Assembly: GCF_011745625.1 (NCBI RefSeq)
Contig: NW_027191454.1
Location: 1,240,001-1,280,423 of the forward strand
Direction of reading: 5' to 3'
Length of the DNA stretch: 40,423 nucleotides
DNA from: Cladosporium halotolerans
Lineage: Eukaryota
Shown: in pieces, positions 24,049 through 35,953 of the stretch
Position numbering within the stretch: the first letter of the stretch is position 1
Layout: the number at the start of each line of letters is the position of its first letter
The notes under the pieces: model-generated
What the model saw: only the letters and a program-made list of their open reading frames with translations
Told to the model about the DNA's origin: nothing
Databases searched by the model: none
Program-made: the position numbers and the translations under genes

Positions 24049-25710
24049 TGCAATCTTCCCCTCGTCTCCGCGGCCGTTATTTCAAACTAGGAGTCCTGCC
24101 TCAGGGCCGAAGTCGCATGTCTGTCGCGGTTTGCGGTGCGGCTCTCAACGGGGTTAGGCTAACGAACTCTCCACCGGGACAATGGACGTTGATGCGGCGG
24201 GTGCACTTCGGGATGCCGCTGTCAAGGCGATTAAGCTCACGGTCCGCCGGTTTCGAATGCTTAGCCGTTCTTTTTTGTCGCAGCCTGGCGTGATGAAATT
24301 GCATCTTTTCTCAGGAGGTCTTTGGCATTGGATTATCTTGCGTTGAGCCTCCATGCGCTGCAGTCTTGCGGTTGATGCGGCTGATGTGCGAAAGCGTCGA
24401 TCTTTCGCAGAGCTCTTTTGCCATAAACCACATGCCGTGCAGTCCGCCCGTCCCCAGAAGTTCATGTCCTCGGAGCTACTGGCGCGAGGATCTGCACTCT
24501 CTAGTTCCCAGGTTTCTGCAGATCATCCTTCAAAAATCCTACCGAGGCTCTTCTGAGCTCGTGGGCCATCCGTTTTCGCGGGTCCTCACAGGAAGAGCTT
24601 CCTATTTCACGCTCATGATCGACGCCAGAGAGTTCTCATGTGGGTAGGGCTGCCGGCGCGATTTGCCGTCAAGCATTCGCACGGTCCAAAACTCACGGTC
24701 AGGCCACCCGATGAGGCCTTCACACCGGGCGGCCTTGACGTGAAGCGCGTTTTGACACGGCGGCTCGCCTCCCGATGCCTGTGCTGGATTCTTAGAAACT
24801 GTCAGGCTGCACTGTGTGGAGTATAAGGTATGCTCAAATGACGCTTGCTGTATGCAGGTACCGCTTCTGTGATCCGACGCATGGATGCTTCGCTTGCAGC
24901 CTCCCGTCGGAGCTCGGTTGGCTCTATCGGCACGGTGGGTGTAGCCTTCCCGGATGTTTTGCTATGTCGTGCTGATGGCTATGCTTGTAATTCGCCGCAT
25001 GGGCTTTTGTCGCAAGCCCCAACCCTCCTCCACTGGCGTTTGACCAGCGCAGAGTTTTGCCCATGCGGAGGCTTTGCTCTGTGACGAGCCATGCATTTGC
25101 AGGACTCTAGCCCTGAAGAATAGCACCACGTGATTATCTCAGACCGCGGTGGAGCAGAACGGTCAAGACAGCGGCACGATCTGAGAACGTGATTGGGATT
25201 CGGTTAGGCGGCAGCGTCATGTTCCTGCTCTGGGCCTTCGGCGATCTCCAAGCGTGCTTTCATGAATGATTCATGGGCCGAGGCGGTTCGATCGCCATAT
25301 CTGGCTGAGAAGGATTCAGGCAAGTCCTCCGCCTGGCTTGCCGTGTATTTGGCATATCTTTGGGTGAGAAAATTCATCAAGGTACAACGTGAAGTCAGCT
25401 CCTAGCCACCAACGTTGCCGCGTCAGGTGCGCGTGTGATCTCCAAAGCGTTGTGCCGTGTTGCATGCATGTGGTTCATCGGACTATGTGCAGCGGAGGAC
25501 TTCAACTGCCGAAATTTGCAATGTTGACTGATCAGGCAGTCAATCCGCGTATTTTGCTAAATACGCGCCGAAAATGACGCTCTATCGAGAATGATACCAG
25601 ATTCCGGCCGCGCTGCCGCCTCTTGCCACTCTCCCGTGGCACCTTCACCCTCACTGTTCACAGAACTTCCCCCGCTCAACTCGCCGTTCCGCCCTCTCAC
25701 CTAATATGCC

Positions 25711-27903
25711 TCATGCACTCACACTCCGTCCTTCGTCAAAATACCGCGCAAGCTCCCTCTCCAACTCTCGGCCCTGCAGTCGTGGCGTGTGACGTGCCGT
25801 TTTGACGGGGTTCTCTTTCTTTGCGTGAGCGCTTGCGAAGATCACGTCGAGCTCTTCGAGACTGCGGCCCTTGGGCTCGGGGAAGAAGAGCCAGACACAA
25901 GGGAAGATGGCTGCATTGAAGACACCTGGTGGTTGAGGTCAGCAGGGGTGACAAAAGCCAACGAGAACTTTCATTGTCCTGCTTACAGAAGATCAGGTAA
26001 GTTCGCCATTGCAGATTTGCGAAAGCCGGAGGCGTGATCATCACGATCAAGAAGTTCGAGATCCAGTTCGAACAAGTCGAGAGAGCGTTGGCTTGAATGC
26101 GAATGCGGAGGTTAGTAATCTCGGCGGGACTGGATGGGCGTATTAGTTTCGAGTCTCTTTGACGGTAGCGATTGGTTCTTACTATAGCCAAGTCATTCCG
26201 AGCCAGCCGATGGCGAAGAAGCTGTTGAAAACAAAGAGAAAGACCGTGGCGGTCACGCCATAGGTCGTGGTGAGCTGCGGCGCACCATCTTCTGTGAACG
26301 TGCCCGTGCTGACTGACCCGGCGAGGATGCCCATCGAAGCACACATGCCGAACGCGCCGAAGAGCATCAGCTTGCGACGACCGGTACGTTCAATGAGCGG
26401 CAGAGCAACTAAAGAGGCCAGAAAGTACTCAGAGCCATTGGCTGCACCTAGCAGTCGCGAAAGGGCAGGGCTGAACCCGAGAGAATTCTCGAAGAGAAAT
26501 GTGGCGTAGTAGGTAATGAGGTTGATTCCACAGATCTTTGCCACTCGTCAGTCTATGCGAAAGCAGGCGATGGAGACCGTCTCGATGACTCACCTGTTGG
26601 AAGAACTGCGCTGCCATGCCCAAACTGGTGCGGCGGAAGTTTTGAGAAGGCCCGTTGGTGAACAGCTCGCGGTACTTGAAGCCGCCACCACGGCTTTGAA
26701 CCTCAAGAGCCTCTTTGATGTTGTCTATCTCTTCGTTGACTTCGGCATGGTCGTGTGGACGGTCAAGCAGACGAGAGGTCACTTCTCGCGCCTCATCCAT
26801 TCGATTGCGCATTGCGAGCCATCGAGGGGACTCTGGGAGATACAGCAGCATCCACATCACGATGATGGTGAAGAAAGATTGGAACTGCGGCACGATGTCA
26901 GTCATTTGTTCTGAACGAGGCGAAATGAAACCCCTCGACCTACCGCGATGGGAAAGCGCCATCGAACAGAGCCAACGAGGAAGTAAAAGCCGTAATCGAC
27001 CCAGTACGCAATCGCGATGCCACCGGAAATCAGACATCCAGAGAGAGTGATCAGGGTTCCGCGCATGTGAGGACGAGCGCACTCTGATTGCCATGTAGGA
27101 ATCGCTGCAAACCTAAGTCAGCCGTGGCCTGGTTGCTGTAATCGAAAGAGGACTTACTCGAAGTGACCATGCCGTTGCCGATACCACCGACAATGCGTCC
27201 GGCGGTGAACAAGCCGTACTCGAAACACGCAGCTTGCATAATGGTGCCGATGATCATGATCAAAGAACCCCAGAATGTGGACGACTTCCTTCCCCAGGTC
27301 TCGCCGTAGAACAGGATGAGGATAGCGCCCAAAAAGCAGCCGATCTGGTAAATGGCGACACCTGCAGCCTGGGTGTTGGCATCGCCTGTGCACATATTCG
27401 GATTACGCTGCGTCCTTTCAGCATCGTAAAAGCAGACCGCGTTGCCGGCGTCGAAAGGTGTCATTAGTGGAAGATTGCGTTGGCTTGTTGCGATCAGTAG
27501 GTTTCAAAGGCAATATCCACGTTTGGTGGACACTCACAAATCGTCTAGCGTCAACAAGGCACTCATGACGCCTGGCCGGATAGTTAGTATGGGCGTTCTG
27601 CATTAGTGCCAAGTGGTATGGTGCGATGAGCAGCTTACCTTGATCGTACCCGAACATGAGGAAGCCGCATGACGCGCAGATACCGATGCTCCAGTTGAGT
27701 GCTTTTCCAGTGAGCTTCTTCTTGCCGATCTTCCATTCTGGAAGGTTGCCCAGTCGAGAGAAAAACCCAAGGATGCCAGACGGCTCTGATGGCTTGGGTG
27801 AAGGGCTTGAGCTGCTGGAAGCATTTGTGGGGGAAACTTCTCGCTTCTCCTGGTGGATATCGATGGGCGACTCGTCACCCTTCACTTCCGGTCTCTCTGC
27901 CAT
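25711..27903 (-). CDS. MFS sugar porter, STL1-like (possible glycerol/polyol:H+ symporter), 8 exons
   Basis: FGYDQG, GRIVGGIGNG, IPTWQSE, PESPRWL, QQICGIN, GRRKL, YPAEI and PEPKGRSLEE motifs. Seven introns at about 27572-27638, 27484-27537, 27105-27157, 26885-26943, 26536-26593, 26130-26182 and 25926-25986. The 3' end is slightly uncertain. Confidence 0.9.
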
Positions 27904-27938
27904 GATGGTGGGTCGCGCACGAGGCTATGGAGAAGGCT

Positions 27939-28000
27939 CTGGGGTCTGGAGTATGGGGTCCGGGGACGTTTATAAGTGGGCTCTTGACCCCAAGGTGGAG
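27939..28000. promoter_or_regulatory. TATA box plus cluster of SYGGRG (CreA/Mig1-type) sites upstream of the sugar porter
   Basis: CTGGGG 27939, CTGGAG 27946, CCGGGG 27960 and GTGGAG 27995, with minus-strand TATAAA at 27969-27974. Confidence 0.4.
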
Positions 28001-28521
28001 ACCGCTCATCACCGTTCGCTTGCCACATGATTGTTCAACGGTTGGCACATGTGAAGGATGGCGGAGGAAACGCTGAGATTTGGTGATGATGGATTCTATC
28101 CTGTCTCGGTATTGCCAAAAGCGGTAGCCCGGCCAAGCTGCTTGTGGTCGCGACAAGAAGTACAAGACAACGACGCCAATGCCCGCGCTGGGTTTCTATA
28201 TCTTTTCATGCTGGGCCAAGGTACCAAGACGGCGTATGATCTCACTCATGGGCGATGCGGCTGTTGACAAGCGCCGCACGCGGCGGAGAGCTGGGGTTGG
28301 CGAAGTTGCAGCCAAGCCGATGCCCATGTCTCGTGCGCCGCCGAGCATTGCGACTCCGATGCTCCGAGTCTGTCCGCCAAACGAACCTTGGCGCACACTA
28401 TTGTAGGATATTTGTAAGTCTGCGCATTATTGTTGTCTGGCCACAATCATCCGCAGACATACACGGTACCTGCAGAGAGCGTGGTGGCAATGTCCTGTGA
28501 AGTGCGACGGGTGCTCGCAAC

Positions 28522-29272
28522 TTACCACAAGCAGACAGCTTGCAACACGTAGATCATCGAGGTCGAGAGTCTGCAACAAAGAGAATGTGTCAGTCCAGCT
28601 AATCACCAGATGAAGAGCAACATGACTGGTCACCTACAACAAAACTCCCCAGCCCTCTAGTGTAGAGCTTCCGCTTGATGAGTCGTCAGGAGTCTCATTA
28701 TTGTTGCTGGCAGAAGCCCCGTTGACAGCGTCGTTGTTGCCACCATCACCTTCGGTGGAGTTACTGTTCGGCAGACTACTGCCTTCTTCAGGGCCGCCCT
28801 TCCCGCCGCCTTGAATGCTTTCCTCGACGCAAGTAAGTGCGGCCTCGCCATCAGTCGTCACCGCAAGCTCGAGCGCCCCAACATCGGGCAGCGTTATGCT
28901 GTCGAATTGAGCACCGAGATTCATCGTGACATTGAATGGGCCTTCTGAGAGTGGGCAGAATGGCGCGAGGGCTAGATCCAGGCACGGGTCGTATACGCTG
29001 TTGGAGAGCACTTGGCTCTGGGAGTACAGCCAAATGTGGATAGTCGCATTGCCGGATACTGAGCTCTCGCCCTGGAACTTCACGTCGAGAGCGGAATGGT
29101 CGTGGCTAAGAGTGAAGTTGGCTTGAGTGTTTTTGAAGCTCGCGTTATTTTGCTGGCAGCCAGCGAAGACAGTGGCTTCTGAGCTGTCTGGGCTCGCGCT
29201 TTGAGCGCGTGTGAGAGCGGAGCTCAGCGACACGGCAAACGCCCCTGTGAGTGAGCTGCTCGAGAATTTCAT
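28522..29272 (-). CDS. Secreted protein with ML-like (TRP_N-type) domain, low-complexity stalk and hydrophobic tail; probably 2 exons (29272-28638, 28570-28522)
   Basis: Signal peptide, then C..N.S F, GESSVSGNAT, DPC......CPLSEGPF, LPDV and LTCVE, a pattern resembling the Flc/Pkd2 N-terminal domain. Intron GTAGGT..CTGAC..TTGCAG adds LSTSMIYVLQAVCLW*. Confidence 0.6.
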
Positions 29273-30354
29273 GACATATGGATGAATTTAATTCCGGATG
29301 AAGACGCTGAAGAGACGAGCCAATGCGATTCCCCTGCCTGTGGGGAATGGAGACATGCAGCTCCGCAAACACGGCCACGACCAGCTTCTTGAGAGGATCT
29401 CGGCGGCCACGGCAGCGCGAGTCGTACCAGCCGCGGATGCGAAAGCATGGTGCGGCTATTTGGTAGTGGAGGGGTGGGAGGATCGAAGGATTTCGGGGCT
29501 TGATTTTGCCGCCTCGCTTCATCTCCCGACAGTCCCGAGCCCCGCGGCGTCGTCCTTCGCGCAGCCACAGACACTGTATCCGCGACGCCTCGTCTCTTTC
29601 TCTGCCGTCGCCAACCCACAAGTTTACAGAACACCCTCGGCATCTCGGACATGCAAGCACGAATCATGCCCTTTGGCTTCTGCTACCGCGGAACCGCCAC
29701 ATACCTGAGGCAGTTGTGACGCGGGCGGCCAGCGAACTTGCGATGAACCCGGATTCCTGCTTTCCGTGGCCTCCAAAGAGGCACCGTCCAACCTTCTGGA
29801 AGTTCTGCAGTTCTCTATCGACCGTTGGGAACAGACGCCATTTGACGCCACCGTGGGCAAAGGAATCCCCTAGTGGGACGATCAATGGAAGAATTCTCCA
29901 GGAAGATCACGGCCGCCGGCACTAAGAACATCCAGGAGCAAGGCCTACTATCCACGCGGAGGATGCGAGCTATTGACTGAACGAGTCAAGGTCAAGTGCT
30001 CCGAGTCTAGACTTGGATGTTGCGCGGACACACGCAACTGAACATGCGTCCGGTTTTACTGCTACTGGATGTGTCTCAATTTGAGCCCACTGTGCGCTCA
30101 TCGCCTACAGACTATAGTGCCTAAGTTGTGCCGACCGCACTTGAACGACTCACGGGTGCGAACTCACCAAGAACAGTGGATTCAACGGCGAATTCGCCAG
30201 TGGTCGCAATGCAACACCTCCAGTTGTCACAGAGACCCTAGCAGGTTTGTCAAAAAAGATGTACATACCTAATACGATTCAAAATACAACCGTGCGAGGG
30301 CATGCCTGTAACGCGTACTGTCCACCGCTCTTCTGAATGAAGTTTCCTGTTTGC

Positions 30355-31678
30355 TCAGCGCTGCCTGCCATCGCTCACATCTATTGTCCGCTTCACCACA
30401 ATCGCGCTCTCCGAATTTTCGCTCGCCGCGTCGGCGTCGCGCCCGTGCGTCCCGGTCTCGACGAATGCTTTCGATCGCCCGGAACTGGGCGCCCAAGTTG
30501 CGCGAGGCGCGGAAGATGCGCGGTTCTTCGAGAAGCCGCCGGAACGGGTGGCAGAGCCTTTGCTTCCAGAGCCGCTCATCGTTGTTACGTCTGATTCGGA
30601 TTGTCAATGGTTTGCTGTGATGAAAATGGGGAATGCGGGATGACTCACGCTCTCTGTAGGCATCGTTGTCGATCTCTTCGAGCCGAATGTCCATGAAGCT
30701 GGTGTTCCATGCGGTCAAGAAGAGCCTCAGACATGGTAGAGTCGTCGCTATGAGGCTGCAGTACATCTCAAGCTGTGTCATGGCTTCAGGGAGCGTATAG
30801 GTGAAGGAAAAGTCATCGGGCCGGACGGCGCTCAGGCTCACAAGGCGGATGATCGTTACCGGAGTGACGAAAAGCCGCAGAGTGAAGGCGGTGACGACGA
30901 GTGATTTCGACTTGGATCCCATCTGAAGACCCCAAACAAGATTGACCGACATGGCCGTGATGAGCAGATCGATGCAGATGCTCATGACGCCCGTCGCAAT
31001 CCAGCGCGCGAGGATCGGTTGCACGTTCCCGCTGCGGTAGAGGTAGGGTTGCGCAATGTTCGGTCGGATCGATACGCTGAGGATGGAGATGACGCCGATG
31101 GCTGAGATGAATGCCGTGAGGATCCAACCAATACGCGACTTGCTGGTCTCCTTGGCTAACCGGGTGAAGAGGAACGAGACGGAGATTTTACTGCTCCAGA
31201 GGGAGAGGAGGAAGAGGATGTCGCTGGCGTAGAGAGCCTGTGCAGATGGTCAGCGGAGACTCTGGTGTGGACATCAACGGCCATATAGTCATCGCGTCCT
31301 GTGGAATCGACTGGCGTCCTTAATTGAATCATCACCAGTGAACCACGACCTGAAGGAGGGCTCCGGACTGACCTTTGCAGCATCGATTGCCTGCCTTCCA
31401 TCCAACTCCGACTCCGTCCTCCCGAAGCCGTTCTTCACGGCGTTGACCGTGACAGCTGTCTGCACGATTGCCAGCAGGAAGGAAATGGCGTATGCGTAAT
31501 CGTCCTTTCCAGCCAATGCGTTCAATGGCCACCGAATGTAGACCCTCACGGCGGAGAGCAGCACGCCGGCAGTGAAACACAGCCACGCGGCCAGCACGAC
31601 GATTTGTCCATGATCGGTGTCAGTTACGGCGGTGCTCACTTGCAGAGTTGGGACAGCGGTGGTCGCAGAGTCCGCCAT
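30355..31678 (-). CDS. PTH11-like / fungal rhodopsin-domain integral membrane protein (no CFEM domain), 3 exons (31678-31373, 31237-30649, 30590-30355)
   Basis: Seven hydrophobic segments with R.YIR, GKDD, GFGR, YASDILF, SKIS, VWGLQM, FTLRL and TLPCLRLF; introns are canonical. Confidence 0.8.
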
Positions 31679-32663
31679 GGTGGTACAGCGATGCTCGCAG
31701 GGGCCGATCAGAGAGAAGGCTGCATGTTCGCTTAAAGATATCAATGGGGCCAAGGTGCCCCTCGCACGGCGAATTTGCCAATGTCATTGCTGCCCGGGCT
31801 CGTGGGACGGACAAGGTTTGACTCGGGTGGTCCTGAAGATGGTGCTGCGTGATTAGGTTGTAGTCATGGCCTTGCATAAGAGGCGCGTACGGACGTAGGG
31901 TTCGACGGCGAAGACGGCCTCAAACCCACATCGCGACCGCGCGGATTGATGAAGCCATTTGCGACGTCGTCACGAATGAGGAGACCCCACTCGCGCGGAG
32001 GGCTCACCATTGGCTTTGGCGGCGGGTGGGAGGCCTCACTTCCGCGCGTGCTAGGGCTGCGGCAGACGGAGGCTGGTGGCGCGAATCCCTCCGTGCCCGC
32101 CGCGCCTAGCGCATCCTTCGCGCGGCTATGTAATGCGTCCCTGTCGAGGCGCCTCAACGCATCTCGCCTGGAAGCTTCATACCGTCGCGACCGTGTGGTG
32201 CAGGTCGAGCCGTGCGACGTCGCAAGGCCTCCCCAACAGTGGGTCGTCGCCAAATGGGAGCCGCGGACGGGCATTCTGCCGGCAGGGCTAATGCATCGCC
32301 CTCGCAAGCGGCTTCGAGAAGAAGTAACACCACCGGCTGCCCTGGCCACGCGGGATCTCCTAGCTGCAAAACACCTCGTCTAAATGGCAGAGCCGGCCGA
32401 GCTTGACCACACGCAACCCTCATCGGGTGTCTCTCTCAGGGTCGCGAGACCCGCTAGACTCTTTAGAACCTGGGAGATCGGAAACATGAGCGCGACCTTT
32501 TCTTCACCCCTTGCACTTGCCTTTCCGAGCCTGCCGCGGCCTGGATAGACGCAGCTCTCTTGTATCTAGGGCTCCGTCGCATCTTAACGTCTCGCGGTCG
32601 ACGCATTCCTCCTTCGCAAATCCCTTCGCTTATCTCCCTCCAACCGCGCCACGTGCCGTCGAG

Positions 32664-34521
32664 ATGCACTCCAGCAAAGGCTTCAACGAGGCTGTCATGC
32701 CAGGTCCCGGCAGCCCTGCGGGTGCCGACGACCGCATGTGCGTTGACGCCACCGGCATGGCTACTGGTAACGATGCCGATGCCTGGGACATGGCGCGCAT
32801 GGGGCGTTCGCAGGAGCTGCGCCGCAACTTCAAGTCGCTGTCGGTCCTCGGTCTGGCGACGACCACCATGTCCACGTGGGTGGCGTTGCTATTAGCGAAC
32901 GCTTTCTCTCTGACCAATGGTGGTCTCGCTGGCACCGTATGGGTGTACTTTGCGACCTGGCTTTGCACCTTTGCCCTGGCCGCATCCCTAGCTGAGATGG
33001 CTTCCATGGCACCCACGTCGGGTGGCCAGTACCGTAAGTATTCGAATGATATGGCTTTGGATCAGTGCTGACACGACCGCAACAGATTGGGTCTCGGAAT
33101 TCGCTCCTCGTTCGCAGTCGAGCTTCCTCTCGTACATTGTTGGCTGGCTGGCCGCACTCGGAGTATGTTGTTCCGCAAACACTATTCATGGACGCTCTTC
33201 TTACACATTCTCAGTGGCAAGCACTTATCGCAACGACCGCTTACAGTAGCGCTGTAATCATCCTCTCTATGGTCAACATCTACCACCCCTCATACCAGCA
33301 GGAAAATTGGCACCAGTCCCTTCTGATGATCGGAGTTGGCCTTCTCGGAACTTTGATGAACACTTACGGTGCTAAAAGACTACCCATTCTCGAGGGCATC
33401 GTCCTTGTTGTGCACATCTTCGGCTTCTTCTGCATCATCATCCCGCTGTGGGTCTTGTCGCCCAAGGCACCCGCCAGCGAGGTCTTCGGGACCTTCGACA
33501 ACTTTGGAGGTTGGTCTACCATCGGCACAGCGTGCTTCGTCGGCTCTATCACTGCCACGGGCTCTTTCGCTGGATCGGACGCTGCCGTGCACATGTCTGA
33601 GGAAACCACCGACGCGAGCAAGTCGGTTCCGAGGATGATCATGTTCACCATTGTGTTGAACGGTATCATGGGATTTGTCTTTATCATCACATACGTAAGC
33701 TTGCACCATATGTCCGGCCTCTGTCCATCCTTACTGACAATCTTTGCAGTGCTTCTGCATCACGAACCTCGAAGCAGTGGTCATGTCCGAGTCGCCGTTC
33801 CCCTTTATCGACGTGAGTCTCCTCCAGTCACTGCTGCTTTCATCATGCTGACACGAGTCGCACAGGTCTTCCTAGCCTCCACTAATAGCAATGCTGGTAC
33901 GGTCTGCATGATGTGTATTCCGCTCATCTTGAGTGTTTGCACCTCGCTCAACGCTCTCGCTGCCGCATCCCGTCAAGCCTGGGCCCTCAGCAGAGACCAA
34001 GCCCTTCCTTTCTCCTCCTGGTTCCGCAGGGTAAGCTCATCAAGTCTGGCTTCCGACCTTATGCAGTGCTGACTAGTATTTCATAGGTTGCTGTCATCGG
34101 CACTCCCGTCCCGATCAACAGTATTCTCTTCTCACTCTCCATCCTCATCATCATCGCTCTCATCAACATCGGCTCAACCGCCGCTCTCAACACCATCATT
34201 GCTCTCCTCACTGGAGCGACCAGTTTCAGCTATGCCTTGAGCATTGCCTGCATCTTGATCAAGCGCGTTCGGGGCGAGACACTCCCGCCTGCACGCTTTT
34301 CTCTCGGCAAGTTCGCGATTCCGATCAATGCCTTCGCGGTGGTATACGTCATCGTCGCTGCTGTCGCATCGTTCTTCCCGGTGACCGTGCCTACGGACGT
34401 TGAGAACATGAACTGGTCTTGCTTGATGTTCGGTGGTGTCTTGCTCATCGCTTGCGTGGATTATGCGTTGAGGGGTAGGAAGCACTACGTTGAGCCCGTG
34501 AAGAAGCTCAACAAGGTTTAG
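32664..34521 (+). CDS. APC-superfamily amino-acid/GABA/choline permease (ACT family), 6 exons
   Basis: QELRRNF, SLAEMASMAPTSGGQYHWVSEFAP, HMSEE and ASRQAWALSRDQALPFS motifs. Introns 33034-33085, 33163-33214, 33695-33749, 33793-33865 and 34031-34086. Confidence 0.92.
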
Positions 34522-34617
34522 AAGGAGCTGTGTGCTGGCGGGTTGTATGTCAAAGTTTTGAAGATAATTGCTTGGATTCTTCTGCACCTTCGAAGCTTTC
34601 GCGGCGTCTGAGACGCG

Positions 34618-35653
34618 CTATCTTGCGCCCGAATCTTGAGCAATCCACTGAGAGTGGCCCACTTCTTGATCGGTTCGCAGTTGCGTGACGTTCTGCCAGT
34701 TGCCTTCCCAATCGTAGCTAGGCCATCCATCAGGCAAAGTGGCAACCTTTGGAAGAGTATATTGACTCTGACACACTCCTTCGCTCTCACAAGTGAGATT
34801 GCAAAGGCCATAGGTCTTGCAGTAGCAGTCTCCCGCGACGGGGCAGGATATCGCTTGCTGACTGAAGATCACTGCGTCGCGTTAGCAAAGTAACCACCGG
34901 GAAGGTGCTGAGAGGCGTACGATGCCACGATTACTCCATTACTCGCCCGCTGATCTCGTCGGACAATTCCGTGTTCAGCAACCACTCGCGATACGCTTCG
35001 TAGTCGCTCCGTGGGCGTTCGCGATTCTTGTCGCCAGTCACGGCGAACTGAGCACAGAAAGGCGAACCTATGGCTGCAGGCACCGGCTGGCCAGGGAACA
35101 AGGATGAGAACGCTTTTGCATAGAACGCTCCAGCTTTCGCTTCGCGATTTTCGTCTATCTTGCCGGCTTCTTCAGAAGGTCGTGTCTCAATGGGACAGCC
35201 TAGAGTCCAAACACAGCGCATATTAACGTAGCCTTGAGACTTGATGTGAGGGATGCGCAGCCGCGACAGCATTCTGAGACCGTCGTACCGTGGATCATCG
35301 TTATGCCATTGGTATCGGTTAGCATGCTGGAAGATCACTACGGATGGTAGATGGTTGTAGTTGTCGATGATATATCTAGCGAATGTGAGCATAAGAAATT
35401 GACTATTATTTGGACGGCGCACGTCAGGTAGACCATGCTTTCTCGGCCCTTGTTGGCAGGCATATATAGTTCCGATTGCACGTCTGTGAGGTAGATCGCT
35501 CCGCCAGGCCGGAAATGCGTCTTCTAGACATGTTGTATCGTCGGTGGTCTGACTTGCTACGATGAGAGGGACATCTTCACTGGTATGGCCGAAAGCAGGG
35601 TGGGTGAAGAGCTCGCCAGTGGAGCTGGAGGGCAGTTGGAAATGATGCTGCAT
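34618..35653 (-). pseudogene. DUF3431-family gene with frameshift and premature stop
   Basis: PANKGRESMVYLT|YIIDNY, HANRYQWHNDD, CAQFAVT and YREWLL motifs. There is a frameshift near 35497 and TAA at 34931-34933 inside GRVME*SWH. The last exon (CYCKTYGLCNL) continues to 34618. Confidence 0.75.
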
Positions 35654-35953
35654 TTGAGTGCTGACTTATCCTTTTGTTTATGAGCTTGATCAGGAATAGT
35701 AATGAAAAGTGAGTTCGCTTGTCAAAGTACAAAGTATCTAACTTCTAGTCGAAATGCAAAGATAGAAGCAAGACAACGGAAATCAAAAAGCCCAGCATCT
35801 ATTGTCTATCAAATGTATGAGTCGCAGAAGCCTGATCGTTTAAAGCACACAAGAATAGCAAGGTGAGGAACCAAAGTCTATGTCTTTGCAAGTTGTGAAG
35901 TCCGAAATGGCGAAATCCGGGTATCGAGGCTCGAGGAATCAAGATTCTCACTC

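Noticed and set aside
25280..25300. GGTTCGA T-loop-like motifs (also near 13557 and 31899)
   Set aside because: No cloverleaf or A-box context could be built around them.
31238..31372. 135-nt intron with GTGATGA (C-box-like) as a possible intronic snoRNA
   Set aside because: The only CTGA is the branch site, and there is no D box inside the CTGGTG/CACCAG stem.
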